Assembly (NCBI RefSeq): GCF_006345805.1
Contig: NC_043005.1
Span: 53,382,001 to 53,446,000 of the forward strand
Reading direction: 5' to 3'
Source: Octopus sinensis
Taxonomy: Eukaryota
DNA length: 64,000 bases
In this document: positions 36,466 to 50,565 of the stretch, in pieces
How positions within the stretch are numbered: position 1 is the stretch's first letter
Layout: each line of letters begins with the position of its first letter
Notes under the pieces: generated by a model
Databases searched by the model: none
What the model saw: the letters and a program-made list of their open reading frames with translations, nothing else
What the model was told of the DNA's origin: nothing
Translations under genes and position numbers: made by a program

Positions 36466-37449
36466 TATGAGAAGAAGTAACAATATTTCTAAATTTGCAG
36501 CATAAGGTAGATCTCCATTATAACTTCCAGTCTGAAGGCTATCAGCCATCTATAGTTTACTTGGTGGACATCTTCGAAGCCTTGAATGCTCTCGACTTTA
36601 AACTACAAGGGGAAAACATCAACAGTCTCACGCACCACGACACCATTCCAACCTTCATGTCCATACTCGACCTCATGAAATGTCGATTTCAGCAGGGAAA
36701 TACAAGCAGTTTTAGTTGCTTGGATCTTGCTCTCATTCACGGTAACCTTGATTCTGAGAAGCAAATAATCTCTCATCTGACTGATTTGAAAACAGAATTC
36801 ATCAGATACTTCCTAGATATAGATAAAAGCGTGAAGCTTAGAAAGTCATCAGGAACCCATTTCAGTGTGAAGTGACTGATGTTTTGGATGAAGTGCAAGA
36901 GTTTCTTGAGCTGAAGTTCAACTTCCCAGCTAAGGAAGACTTCAAAGAATTGGATCTTGAAACGTTTTGGATCAAGTACCTTCCTGTTTACCCTCTAATC
37001 TCACATCAGGCTCTTCAGATTTTAGCTATGTTTAGATCCACGTATCTTTGTAAAGCTACATTTTCCACGCTCGTTGCTGTCAAGACTAAATGCAGAAACA
37101 GGCTGAACTTTGAAAGGGAATTATGTTGTGCCCTTTCTGGCAATCGACCACGCATTCAAGATCTTGTGGCTAAGAAGCAGTGTCCAGCAACTCACTAATA
37201 ATTTTACTGATTCATATTCAATAAAAAACTTTTTGCTAAGAAGCAATGTCAAGAATCTCACATTTAGTATAATGTGGATTACATATGAAATTGTACATAT
37301 TTTGTATAACGTGACTAATAAAAAGACTAAAAACATATCTTCGATTTTATTTAAAATCTGGGAATTTTATTCACAGTTGTAGTGGGGGGTATGGAGAGAA
37401 AGAGAAATTCCCAGGGGTGGTTTCGTAGTAAAAAGGTTAAGAACCACTG
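36466..37449 (+). mobile_element. hAT (Buster/Charlie-like) transposon, 3' half of transposase pseudogene plus right TIR
   Basis: YLVDIFEALNALDFKLQG..HLTDLKTEFIRYF and LETFWIKYLPVYPLISHQALQILAMFRSTYLCKATFSTLVAVKTKCRNRLNFERELCCALS..RPRIQDLVAKKQ. Ends AAAAAGGTTAAGAACCACTG, followed by CTCTACAT (nnnTAnnn Buster-type target). Confidence 0.92.
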
Positions 37450-37459
37450 CTCTACATGG

Positions 37460-37600
37460 TCACCTGACATTAACAGAAATGTCAGTGAAATCACTCTGGT
37501 ATCAATTTTCACCGCCTTACAATATAAGAAGTTCACTTTACACAATGTATCTGCAAACGAAACACAGTCTGGTCATGGCTGGAATACTTTTGAACATACA
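37460..37600 (+). repeat. Dispersed repeat family E fragment (probable retroposon 3' region)
   Basis: Shares CTGGTCATGG(C/T)..AATAC..TGA(A/T)CA with 58425-58640 and, weakly, with the reverse complement of 54088-54152. Confidence 0.4.
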
Positions 37601-39149
37601 TTTACATCAAGTTTACTAAATTATTTCCTCTGTTATTGCTCTTTATTATGCCCAGCAGTGCTGATGCGAAGAATATAGTGCAAAAGGGTTGGATGCCACT
37701 GTACAGGCAATAGACATGTATCATTTTGTTATTAATTTAATTGAAGGAAAGTTCAAATCTTACCATGGTCAGCTTTGCTTTTTATTCTTTCAGAGTCAGT
37801 AAATACCAGTGAAGAACTGGGGTTGATAAATTTGGCTGTTCTCGCCTCACAAATCCATCGCATTCTGCGTCTGTAAACAATCACATATATTACATTTGAT
37901 GTCATATTTTTTATGAGATGAAAGAGTTTGGATCTTCTCAAAACTAATTCCCTTCTAGGAAGTTTCAATGCTCCCGCATAGATCATTCTCAATTGATACT
38001 CTTGCACAAGATTTGTTTTTTGGTTATACAAATCAATGAAGGCCTTATTCACCCTTATTCACGATGACAAGAGGGTGGGAACAGTACAACATACTCACAT
38101 ATTCTCTAGACAAACAAGTTAGTTCCGATTACTTTGAAAAAACATCGCGTACCCTTGCAATTTCTCTTGTATAACCTTAAGTATACGCGTATCCCGTATC
38201 GAGAACCCCAGCTTCACACGATCAGATTTTTCACGTAGATATTTATTTCTTTTACTGTTTTATTTCTCGATAGTTATCCATCTTTTATTAGATTGTAGCG
38301 CGTGATATGAGAGACGGTTAGCACTTGGTGGCATTTAAGGCTTAGAACCTAGTTAACTGCAGGTTAATTAAGAAAAAGTAAAAATGAAAACTAATTGATG
38401 TATTATGATTTGATCGTTAAACAAAATATTTGACGTTCATTGTATACCATTTGGGTCAGAAACAGCACTAGAGACTCATTCTTCCTCCTCCTCTCAAAAG
38501 ATAACAATAACAGACATAAAACAAAAAAATAAAGGAAAATAATGAACGCAGTGGATGCGAAATAATGAAGTAAAATTTTGTACTGTATCTTAAGTAACAC
38601 TAACTCCACAGGAATAAACTAAGTATGCCAAATTAGTTTGTTTACTAAATACCTAATTTATCCCCAGAAATTTTCCACCTAATTTGATTCTGGATTTTGA
38701 ATTACCATTTCTGTCTTTCGTTGGAACAAAATGTTTTCGATTTTAATGGGAAATCCACACGTTATGCTTTCTCTTTTTTCTTTTATTTCAAATCCTTGAC
38801 CACCCTAATCCATATTTGACTTTCATTGAATACCAGTGGGAGGGTTAAGCACATCACTAGTATCCAATTTACCATTGTAATGGTCTCTGGATCCAGGGAG
38901 AATATTTACATTCTCAATTCACATAAAGTATAAAATGATCAAGGCAGCCGAGATTTCCATAAACGCACGCATTAATGTACGCACAAAGACTGACATACAT
39001 ATACACATACATTTAGCTGTATACAAGCATGCTTTCATTTTGCTTACGAATGTATTTGTACACAGTGATAAACACGAGTGTATAAAACGATATACACAAC
39101 CATTGCCACAGTCCAATGACTGAAATCACCATAAAAGTTGATAACTATA

Positions 39150-39177
39150 TACATACATACCTACATACATAATACAT

Positions 39178-39210
<33 letters not shown>

Positions 39211-39455
39211 ATGTATATATATATATGTGTATATATAATTATATATGCCTATATATAACTAGATATATGTAATATGCATACGTATATATGTGTGTGTGTA
39301 TATGTGTATGTATTCACATATATGATGACATACATGTTTGTATGTATGCATATTCATAAGTAGTGAGACGATGCGCATACCTATAAACCCTTACCTCACC
39401 TTTGCACTTGGTTCCCCCTTCTCTCTCTCCCTTTCTTTATCTGGACGTATGCATA

Positions 39456-39502
<47 letters not shown>

Positions 39503-39545
39503 GCATACATTTGCAAATATATATATATATATATATATATGTACA
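39150..39545. repeat. (TA)n-rich microsatellite cluster
   Basis: Direct reading. Confidence 0.85.
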
Positions 39546-39869
39546 GCGAGCTGGAATATATATTAACACATACATATTACTAGTTAGTAAATCGATCACA
39601 CACTGGTGTTTGGTTAGTTTGTTTCAAGTTTTTGCTATATATTATCTCTTGGCTTTAGTGACAAATAACTAGCTGAATTATTCATTAGTAATTTTCCCTC
39701 CTAACGATAAGTCGAAGATAGTATGTAAGTGACCATAATGAATCAGAGTGGTTAGGATTGATTCACTTAAATTTCCATATTCATTCATTATTTTCATGAT
39801 GAACGCATTTCTCACTTTTTCGCACACACTATCTCTATCCACCCATATCTATCTATTTATCTATATATG

Positions 39870-39907
<38 letters not shown>

Positions 39908-40119
39908 TCTCTCTCTCTCTCAAGCATTCTTACTTTTACCCATTTTGCTTCTCCCCACCTTCTCCTCCATGTGTCTATCTGCCTGTATGCATGTATGTCT
40001 GCCTCCGTTTCTCTATCTTTATTTCGTTCTGTTTCCTTTATTTTCTTCTACTCCCGTTCAATGACTTCATTCTTTATCATACATTCATACATAAGTACCA
40101 ACACAAATGCAAAAATAAC

Positions 40120-40552
<433 letters not shown>

Positions 40553-40822
40553 ATTTTAATTTTCTGTATATGTGTCACTTAATCTACTTTCTAATAGGCT
40601 TCTGAATTTTTCCATCTCTGCTGCTTTTATCAAAGCTAGTTTGTAGTGTGCAATTTTTGCAAAGAGCTATTTTATTTTATTTTTCCTTTGAGTACTTTTT
40701 TAATGGGGGGGCGGGTGGAGTGCTGCTTTAGTTTTCTTTTTATTTGTATTGCTTCTGTTTCATTTATATTTCTTATTTTAAGTCGGTTGTCCATGCATAG
40801 TTCTGTATACTCGGATGTACGG

Positions 40823-40880
<58 letters not shown>

Positions 40881-41441
40881 TAATATATTATATAAATATA
40901 TGTATGTGTGTGTGTGTATGTGTGTATGTGTGTGTGTGTATGTAGTATATATATTTGTGTTTGCTTATATATCTTTGTGTATATTGATGTGTATATTAAT
41001 GTAAGCATGTATGTCTCGAAGAACAAGTGCTTGCACTGTGCTTGTATGTGCTGAAGCAGATATTTTTTATATATTTATATATTTATATTTTTTTTATGAA
41101 TGTTCCTTGATTTTATTTCCCTTTATATTTCAATATTTTTTTTTCTATCTATTGCTTTCATTGACCGTCATTAGCAATGGTATTACGTTAACACTGCCAG
41201 CCTAGAAAAAAAAAATTAGTATACGTACTACCAAGAAAAGAAAAAAAGGAAAAAAAAAAATCAACAGTTTGAAAATAACTATAAACAAGCTACAACTATA
41301 AATACGAAAGAAATCAACACCATCAACAACAACAACAACAATAAGGTGACACCAACAACAGCAGTGACAAGAACAAATCAAAGTTCAGACAGATAACCTT
41401 TGATAATTATATACTAGATTCTACATAGTGTATACGTATTT

Positions 41442-41444
<3 letters not shown>

Positions 41445-41484
<40 letters not shown>

Positions 41485-41497
41485 TATATATATATAC

Positions 41498-41547
<50 letters not shown>

Positions 41548-41690
41548 GCCTATACGTACAAATATATACATGCAAATATATATATATATATGCATATATA
41601 AATATATATATATATATGGTGTACATATACATATATATGTATATATGTATATATGTAAGTATATATATATATGTATGTATACAATGTGTA
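41445..41690. repeat. Imperfect (TA)n array
   Basis: Direct reading. Confidence 0.95.
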
Positions 41691-42588
41691 TACGTATTGT
41701 CTACTGTACATATGTGTGCAATAGCATACCTATTAATACATATCTTAGAACTGGCATTGATTGAGATGAGGCCAATATATCATTTTATGTTGCTTCTACG
41801 TTCATTTATTTAGGTACTTCTTTCTGATACACAGACATATGAATATACATACACACATACACACACTTACACACACATATTTAAATCTGTTTATTCATTT
41901 ATTTTCGACCGGATTTATCTGCTAATTATGAAAGCAGTCATCTGATATCAACTATGAAATATTACAAATATAAATATCCTATCTCGCATGCCGCAACATA
42001 AAGATCTCATATACATATTAACATGAAGAAGAGTGAGATTATGTACGTAATAAATATTTCGGTACGAATCACAGAAATGCAAATACGTTCAAATGGGTTA
42101 CACAGACCGTCTACCACAACCTGTATCTGATATATTCAAGCATTATTTATACATTTGCACATTTACTATGCTTGTAGTTACTTTATCTCTCTGTGTATGA
42201 GTATGCGTATATGTATGTATATGTGTATATGTGTATATGTGTCCAAGTTCGTGTCTGTATATGATTTTGCCAGTCAGTGTAGGCATTTATGAGTAAATAC
42301 AATGGTGCGTGGTTCTGTGTATGTATATATGTATGAATGTATATGCGAGTATAGTATTTGTGTGCCTCTTTCTTAGTGTAGAAGTGCCATTAGTTTTAAG
42401 TATATCAACATGTGGTTATCATTCTGCGAGTATGTGTGCGTGCTTGCATTGGGTATTTACATGAGAACTTATATCCATACGTTCATAGATATGTAAATAC
42501 GAAGGAATATACGTACATATGTATATGTAATATATCATATGCTATACCTGTATTTATAAAAGTGTGTTTATTTATATGTGTGCGCATA

Positions 42589-42639
<51 letters not shown>

Positions 42640-42994
42640 TTACCATTAGTGTGTGAATAAATATATAATTTTGTTTGCATTTAGCTTATATTTCTGCTTT
42701 ACTTTTGATTATGCATTTCAAATATAATGTCATTGTCAACGAAACGGCACTTATATTAAAAAAAAAGAAAAGAAATTGCTGTAATAATTATGGTTCTATA
42801 ACTGAAACTTGTTAGGTTCGAAATTAACAGGAAACATTTAAACCTTTTATGTTAACATTTTATAGTAGAAATTAACCTATTATGTTAATTTTAATAAATC
42901 GCTGATATACATATTCTTTTATATTCGTTCACTAGATAAAGCAAAGTCATGCCGCTTCTGCTTCAAGGGTTTTAATCAATAATAATAATAACTG

Positions 42995-43418
42995 TTTCAA
43001 ATTTTGGCACAAGGCCAGCAATTTTGAGGGCGGGGATAAGTCAATTACGTGAACCCCAGAACTTAACTGGTACTTATTTTATCGATTACGAGGGGATGAA
43101 ATTTGAACTTTGAATGTAAAGGCGGACGAAATACCACTAAGGATTTTGCCCTGCATACTAACAATTTAGCCTGCTCGCCGCCTAAAATCAAATCATAAAA
43201 ATGGTTTCGAATTTTTCCACGAGGGCAGTAATTTTGAGGGGAGGGAACAAGTCGATTACATCAACCCCAGTGTTTCACTGGCAGTTTACTTATCGACCGC
43301 GAATGGTTGAAAGGTAAAGTCTATCTTGGCGGAATTTGAACTCAGAAAGTAGCGGCAGACAAAACATAGCTAAGCATTTCGCCCGGGGTGCTACCAATTC
43401 TGTCAGCTCACCGCCTTA
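42995..43418 (-). mobile_element. Two tandem SINE family B copies
   Basis: Two complete head-to-tail copies, each followed on the plus strand by ATCAAATCATA. Confidence 0.85.
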
Positions 43419-43426
43419 TATCAAAT

Positions 43427-43494
43427 CATATGTCGTAGTGGTTAAGAGCGCGGGCTACTAACCCCAAGATTCCGAGTTCGATTCCAGGCAGTAA

Positions 43495-43574
<80 letters not shown>

Positions 43575-43576
43575 GC

Positions 43577-43610
<34 letters not shown>

Positions 43611-43775
43611 TCAACATAGAAAAATACCTTAGGAATGAGAACCCAGGTTCGAAATTTTCACAAGACACCTGATGAAGGCTGGAGGGTATATCAGCCGAAA
43701 TGTGGTGTTAGCAGCAAACAATATGAGGACAAATATCCGTTAATTTTAAATAATGTAAATAATGTACATAATAAT
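43427..43775 (+). mobile_element. SINE family D: tRNA-like head, (AAT/AAC)n, hammerhead motif, (AATGTAAAT)n-like tail
   Basis: A box (GTCGTAGTGGTTAAG) and B box (GAGTTCGATTCC), trinucleotide run 43499-43612, HHR 43664-43709. Confidence 0.85.
43664..43709 (+). ncRNA. Minimal type I hammerhead motif (this copy mutated at the cleavage site)
   Basis: GACAC CUGAUGA A GGCUG GAGGGUAUAU CAGCC GAAA UGUG GUGUU. The sister copy (5453-5486, minus) supplies CGUU, giving a consensus GAAACGUU. Confidence 0.7.
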
Positions 43776-44302
43776 CCTTTCCACTCTAGGCACAAGGCCC
43801 GAAATTTTGGGTGAAGGGGATAGTCGATTATATCGACCCCAGTGTTTCACTGGCACTTAATTTATCGAACCCGAAAGGATGAGTGGCAAAGTCGACCTCG
43901 GCCGAAATTGAACTCAGAACATAATGGCAGGCGAAATACCTATTTGTTTACTACCAACAAGGGGCTAAACACAGAGGGGACAGACAAGGACAGACAAACG
44001 GATTAAGTCGATTATATCGACCCCAGTGCGTAACTGGTACTTATTTAATGGACCCCGAAAGGATGAAAGGCAATGTTAACCTCGGCGGAATTTGAACTCA
44101 GAATGTAACGGCAGACGAAATACTTATTTCTTTACTACCCACAAGGTGCTAAACACAGAGAGGACAAACAAGGACACACAAACGGATTAAGTCGATTACA
44201 TCGACCCCAGTGCGTAACTGGTACTTATTTAATCGACCCCGAAAGGATGAAAGGCAAAGTTGACCTCGGCAGAAGTTGAACTCAGAACGTAAAGACAGAC
44301 GA
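43776..44302 (-). mobile_element. SINE family B tandem array, 184-bp unit, head missing
   Basis: GAACTCAG at 43910, 44094 and 44278. Confidence 0.9.
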
Positions 44303-44355
44303 ACTTCTACTAAATATTAATATATATATATATATCTGTGTGGTGTGTGGTGTGT

Positions 44356-44389
<34 letters not shown>

Positions 44390-44548
44390 GTGTGTAGGTA
44401 TGTATGTATATCTGCATATATATATATATATGCATATACACATATATATATTCATATACGTATGCATATACATAATACATACACACACACACACATGCAC
44501 GCACACATATGCGTAATGTGAACTTCCATAAATTTTCCGCAAGCGCGT

Positions 44549-44604
<56 letters not shown>

Positions 44605-44811
44605 TAATTATAAAAAATGAGATTATATATTTTCGCACATGTTTAACGCTTTAGATCTCGTTCTTTTCCATTTATTGAGCCCTTCTCTTCAATCGTTTAA
44701 TGGTAAAAGTAAAAACATTTTGCTGTAAGTATGAAATAATTATCAGTGTAATTGATAAAACTAGTCATTTGCTTGATTGCATTTCAAATTATATTTACGA
44801 TATATATATAT

Positions 44812-45125
44812 ATATTGTTATATTTCGGAATGGTCATATTGCCAGTTTAGCCAATAAAAACACACGCACTATATATTTGGTGTTATTTTGCTTCAGAAGA
44901 AAACAAAGGACCACTGATGCGGTCACAGGAGTGTGACGAAAGAACTCTGGCCGAAATAAGATTAAGATTAATGTAAAAAATAAATAACATTGAAGCAAAA
45001 TAACACCAAGTATATTATGCGTGTGTTTTTATTGGCTAAACTGGCAATATGACCATTCCGAAATATAACAATATCTGTTTCAACACACGACTTCACATAA
45101 AAAATCTTGCACAACAAATATTTAA
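44812..45125 (+). mobile_element. PLE-like insertion with 84-bp inverted arms (44812-44895/44991-45074) and HHR relic in the spacer
   Basis: Arms match at 81/84 positions; tail CACATAAAAAATCTTGCAC resembles the other three copies; the 3' end abuts (TA)n. Confidence 0.8.
44908..44952 (+). ncRNA. Minimal hammerhead relic
   Basis: GGA CCA CUGAUGC G GUCAC AGGAGU GUGAC GAAA GAAC UC UGG CC: A9 is replaced by C; 5-bp stem II; stem I CCA/UGG plus GG/CC. Confidence 0.6.
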
Positions 45126-45476
45126 ACGTATATATATATATATATATATATTCATATTTGATGCATCTACTCAAAGTCCTTTGCATAGCAAGTTTTGTGT
45201 ACTTCTTGTCCTAGGTAATAGGCCACGTCGTATGTTAATGCAGATGAGGACACGTACCCGTAAAGAGATTAAGAAATTGAAGAATTCAGCGAAAATTAGC
45301 GGCATATCGAAATCGTTCCGCATGTGCTCAGAGGAAGAGGAACTATCAAAAAGGGTTGACTCGAATGTTTGTGGAACTTAGAGTCATTTTCATCGTCGTT
45401 ACTGGACAGGCAGTGGTGAGCCTGAGAGAATCTTTTGTTTCTGACTTGTGTAAGGTTGAAATAATTTAGTAAACTC

Positions 45477-45825
45477 TTTACTCTTTTACTCTTTTACTCA
45501 TTTCAGTCATTTGACTGCGGCCATGATGAAGCACCACCTTTAGTCGAGCAAATCGACTCCAGGACTTATTGTTTGTACGGTCTCTTTTGCCGAATCGCTA
45601 AGTTACGGGGACGTAAACACAGACACACAAACACAGACACACACACACACGCACACATATACATATATACGACGGGCACCTTTCAGTTTCCGTCTACTAA
45701 ATCCACTCACAAGGGTTTGGTTGGCCCGAGGCTATAGTAGAAGACACTTGCCCAAGTTGCCATGCAGTGGGACTGAACCCGGAACCATGTGGCTGGTAAG
45801 CAAGCTACTTATCACACAGCCACAT
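45477..45825 (-). mobile_element. SINE family A, near full length with a short deletion
   Basis: Both halves, internal CA/TA tract and head present. Confidence 0.9.
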
Positions 45826-45909
45826 TTTTTATTTTATTCGTCACGAAAACAAAAATTACAGAAAGAAAACGCTTGATTTTCTGTTAATGATACAAATGAA
45901 TATCATATG

Positions 45910-46075
45910 TAGATTGGCGGGATCGTTGGAGCGTTTAATAAATTGCTTGGGCATTTAGATGCCGCCCTTTGTCTTGTGAGTTCAAATCTTACTCAGGTCA
46001 TCTTTTCTTTTCATGCTTCCGGAATCGATTGAATAGTTACTTTACCAAGCACCGGATGTGATGTAATCAATTGGT
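45910..46075 (+). mobile_element. SINE family B, degenerate
   Basis: TTGGCGGGATCGTTGGAGCG..GTGAGTTCAAATCTTACTCAGGTCATC..TAGTTACTTTACC. Confidence 0.55.
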
Positions 46076-46104
46076 TCTGTTTGACCAATGTAAGGGCTTG
46101 TGAA

Positions 46105-46368
46105 TGTACTAAAATACTCTTTACTTGTTTCAGTCATTTGACTGCGGCCATGCTGGAGCACCGCCTTTAGTCGAGCAAATCGACCCCGGAACTTATTCTT
46201 TGTAAGCCCAGTACTTATTCTATCGGTCTCTTTTGCCGAACCGCTAAGTGACGGGGACGTAAACACACCAGCATCGGTTGTCAAGCAATGCTAGGGGGAA
46301 CAAACACAGACACACAAATATATACACAAATACTTATATATATATATATACATATATACGACAGGCTC
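46105..46368 (-). mobile_element. SINE family A, 3' half, close to consensus
   Basis: TTTCAGTCATTTGACTGCGGCCATGCTGGAGCACCGCCTTTAGTCGAGCAAATCGACCCC..GTAAACACACCAGCATCGGTTGTCAAGC. Confidence 0.9.
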
Positions 46369-47019
46369 CTGATTATTATTTGTGAGGAATAATTACTCAG
46401 CCCAGGATTTGAGTAACTGAGAAGCGGGGAAATAAATGCGTGAGACTAGAATGCAATAAAAATAAACAGCAACACTAGAATAACTCAAGAAACTACGAAA
46501 GTAACTAAAAAAAATAGCAACCAAATAGGAAACTGCACTAATAAAGAAAATGCCACTCATGAATGTATATATAAATGCATGTATGAGCATTGTGATTGTC
46601 TTGTCGCAGTATGGCATTGACCGCATTAGAAAGAAAGTGTGGTGTTGTGTAAAGAAGGGGTGCACTGAAAGAAGAACATGAACCCACACAATAGTACGAA
46701 GAAAAAAAACTACACATAAACAATGACAAGAAATTACAGTAAAAGAAAAACAAAGTACTGCAACATAAGAAGTCACACTAAAAGAAATGCAGGAAACCAC
46801 ACGGAAACAAGAACAGAAAACTGTGCTAAATGAAGAACAGCAAAGCACACTTAAGAGGAACAGGCAACTGCAATAAAAGAATACGAAAACCGCGAAATAG
46901 CATGAGAAACTAACACTAAACTAAGATGATGACACTAAAACAATGACGTGTGTCTACACGATATCTGCACAAAATATGAAGAGGTTACAAATGTAATGTC
47001 TACATACAGGCACAGGTTG

Positions 47020-47450
47020 TATATATTAAGAAGCTTGCTTCCTAGCTATGTGTTTCCGACTTCAGCCCCATTGCAGGGCATCTTGGGCAATACTTATACT
47101 GTAGCCTCGAACCGCTCAAAGCTTCGTGAGTGGATTTGGTAGACAGAAACTGATAAAAGCCTGTCGTATATACATATATGTGCGTATTATATACATGTGT
47201 ATGTGTGCGTGTCTCTGTGCCTGTATGTCTTTGTGTCGGTGTTTGTCTCCCACCACTACTTGACAACCGGTGTTGGTGTGTTTACGTCGCCATAAATTAA
47301 CGATTTGGCATAGGAGACCGATAGAATAAACTACCAGGCTTAAATAGAATAAGTCCTGGGCTGAATTTGTTAGACTGAAAATAACCCCCACAAAGCAGTG
47401 CCCTAGCATGTCCACAGTCTAATGACTTAAACAAGTAAAAGACAGAAGAT
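47020..47450 (+). mobile_element. SINE family A, diverged full-length copy
   Basis: Head, GTGAGTGGATTTGGTAGACAGAAACTG, internal TA/TG tract and 3' half. Confidence 0.85.
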
Positions 47451-47526
47451 AAACTACCTTGATGAGGGCTCACACCTGGAATTAGACATAATAGCAACAT
47501 AACAAGCCTCAAAATATGACATTAGA

Positions 47527-47825
47527 CTAGCTATTTTGACCCGTGCTTCGCTCGGGTTTTGGTAGTAGTGTTGTTTTGTGCGTGTTGTCTCCTTTTTCCC
47601 TTTCTTCTTTTGTTCGTCTTCTTCGCCTTTCCTATATTCCTCACCATGGCAACCAAACGGTAGCCCCGAACGACTTGTAGCCCTCCTCGCACCATTTCCC
47701 CACACCATTTTACCCCCAGTGTAAATTTTGGCGCTAATCCGACCCCATCTACCGCTTATCTCAAAATGAGACAAATAACCAAGAAATCAAGTAACTTTTT
47801 CGCATTTCAGCTTTATAGATATTGA
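47527..47825 (-). mobile_element. Non-autonomous Helitron (299 bp)
   Basis: Minus strand A|TCAATATCTATAAAG...ACCCG-AGCGAAGCA-CGGGT CAAAATAG CTAG|T: canonical TC 5' end, subterminal hairpin, CTAG 3' end and AT target. Confidence 0.8.
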
Positions 47826-47837
47826 TTAGTAACACGA

Positions 47838-48124
47838 AGGTGCGAGGTGGCCTAAGTGGTTAGGCTGTTGCACGCACGATCGCTAGATCATGGGTTCGAT
47901 TCCTTGATTAGGCGGTGCGTTGTGTTCTTGAGCAAACAACATCATTTCACGTTGCTCCAGTCCCGCTTTCGTTTCGAGTGGGGGGGGGGGAATGTTGGCC
48001 TGATCAGCTAGCCAGCGTGGTGGCATCATTTGAAGGCTAAACCAATGCAAAAAACTCGTTGTGACAAGCGATGTGTAACAACATCTGATAGCCTGGTCGG
48101 TGACATGATGACGTGATCACGTGA
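47838..48124 (+). mobile_element. SINE family C variant
   Basis: tRNA-like A and B boxes (GTGGCCTAAGTGG, GGTTCGATTCC); 3' part shared with 50835-51133. Confidence 0.8.
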
Positions 48125-48289
48125 CGACGAACAGCACCCTATATAACCATCTATAGCCAGCATACAATATAAAAGTAACATACTTGCACTTGATACCTCA
48201 GTAACAAAAACACTGGGATTAAGGAAATTTTTTTAATGTAACAGTTAAGAATATAGCAATATAGCATTAAAAAAAATATTAAGAACGAT

Positions 48290-48742
<453 letters not shown>

Positions 48743-48911
48743 AATATAAAGGAATGTAAACAACAAAGGCAAAAACTATTGAAAAAAGTACAATGTAATT
48801 AAATTTTAAATTCTAATCTTCATCTGAAAATACCAGCAAGAATTGTAGATTCAATAACAACAACGGAAAATGAAAAGAAACGAAAACAAAAGAAAAAACA
48901 AAGGGAACAGC

Positions 48912-48958
<47 letters not shown>

Positions 48959-48977
48959 TATATATACATATATATGC

Positions 48978-49012
<35 letters not shown>

Positions 49013-49100
49013 ATATATACATATATATGCATATATATATATATGTATATATTATTATATATATAATATATAAGCATACACACACACACATATACATATT
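48912..49100. repeat. Imperfect (TA)n array
   Basis: Direct reading. Confidence 0.95.
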
Positions 49101-49454
49101 CATAAAGATATATTCATTCCCAATGGAGATCAAATTAGTTAACTGACCTCTAAGTATATACTTAACTTCTGTGAATTATTATCTATGAAAGAAATATTAC
49201 TTGAGAAAAGATAGAAGCATACAACAACACTGCCATGTTCATTGTTTAATCAGATCAATGTTAACAAAATAATCGACTAAATTTTAATTTTAATTTTTGT
49301 TTTGTGTTTTCTATTTCAATATGAAAAAAAAAAATGTCTGTGTTGAGATAGAGTCGTCTTTGTTGTTTTCTGTATAGTTTTGCGCTATCTGTCTGAAGAG
49401 TAGCATTTTCTTATCTATACACAAATTGACCATTAGACTGGGTGACGTCAGTGA

Positions 49455-49503
49455 AGATTATATATACATACATACATATATACATACATATATACATACA
49501 TAT

Positions 49504-49585
<82 letters not shown>

Positions 49586-49667
49586 CGTGTGCACGGATGC
49601 GGGTGTGTGATAATATATATATATATGCATATACATGTATGTATATATATTCACACATATACGTATC

Positions 49668-49698
<31 letters not shown>

Positions 49699-49825
49699 AA
49701 ATATATGTTTATATATATACATATATATGTACATATATATATATATAAATAGATCTTATTTATATATATTACATATATATGTATACATACATGTGTGAAT
49801 ATATATATATATATATATATATACA
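49455..49825. repeat. (TACA)n/(TA)n/(TG)n compound array
   Basis: Direct reading. Confidence 0.95.
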
Positions 49826-50299
49826 TGACAGAAGTAAATAGACACACTTATAATCATTAACATTCAAATTATTTATCAATTGGTATAATGTGAATATTTA
49901 ATATTTAGTAGACATGCCCTTGGCATTTTTCAATGCAAGGACCCTATTAGGCATGTTCAGATATATATTCTCTTGCGGCATTTCTTGCCTAGTTTCATAC
50001 ATTTATTTCAAAAGATATGGCTTTGAAGATGATTCCTTGATCTTTTTATGAACTGTCCTGTCCATTATGACCCAGAGATGTTCAATAGGGTTCATATCTG
50101 TAATCTTAATTATATGAAGGTTAAATTGTTACATATAATTAAGGTATTTTCAGCTCGATGAGCAGCAAGCCAAGTATCCCTCGCTGAGTAATTATTACGT
50201 CAGAAAACCTGCTAACTAGAAAACATATGTAGCCTTTATTTTACCTGTTCCACACCTTCAACGTTTGGGAAACACCCAAAAACAATCCTGGGACCCATC

Positions 50300-50565
50300 C
50301 CTCTTTTACTTTTTGCCTTTTACTTGTTTCGGCTATTAGACTGCAACCTTGCAGGAGCACCGCCTTGGAATTTTTTTAGTCAGTACTCAATATTTTAAAG
50401 CCTGGAACTTATTTTATCGGCCTCTTTTGCCGCCGCTAAGTTACGGGCACATACATATACGAACATCGGTTGTCAAGCGATGGGAGGGGACAAACACAAA
50501 GACTTGCACACACATAAGATGGGCTTCTTTCAGTTTCTGTCTACCAAGTTGACTCACAGGGCTTT
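50300..50565 (-). mobile_element. SINE family A, 3' part (left arm of a local inverted duplication)
   Basis: Shares private variants and unique flank with 52796-53116. Confidence 0.85.

Noticed and set aside
38090-38130. Possible minus-strand microexon (CTAAC-TTGTTTGTCTAG|AGAATAT|GTGAGT)
   Set aside because: 7 nt (or 5 nt) is not frame-preserving and the branch point is very close to the AG; untestable without RNA data.
45049-45381. 110-aa basic ORF with a possible acceptor at about 45214
   Set aside because: The first half derives from a PLE tail and TA repeat; the remainder has no recognisable homology.
46390-46950. A-rich, purine-skewed segment resembling a decayed LINE ORF1
   Set aside because: Only compositional resemblance, many stops, no diagnostic motif.
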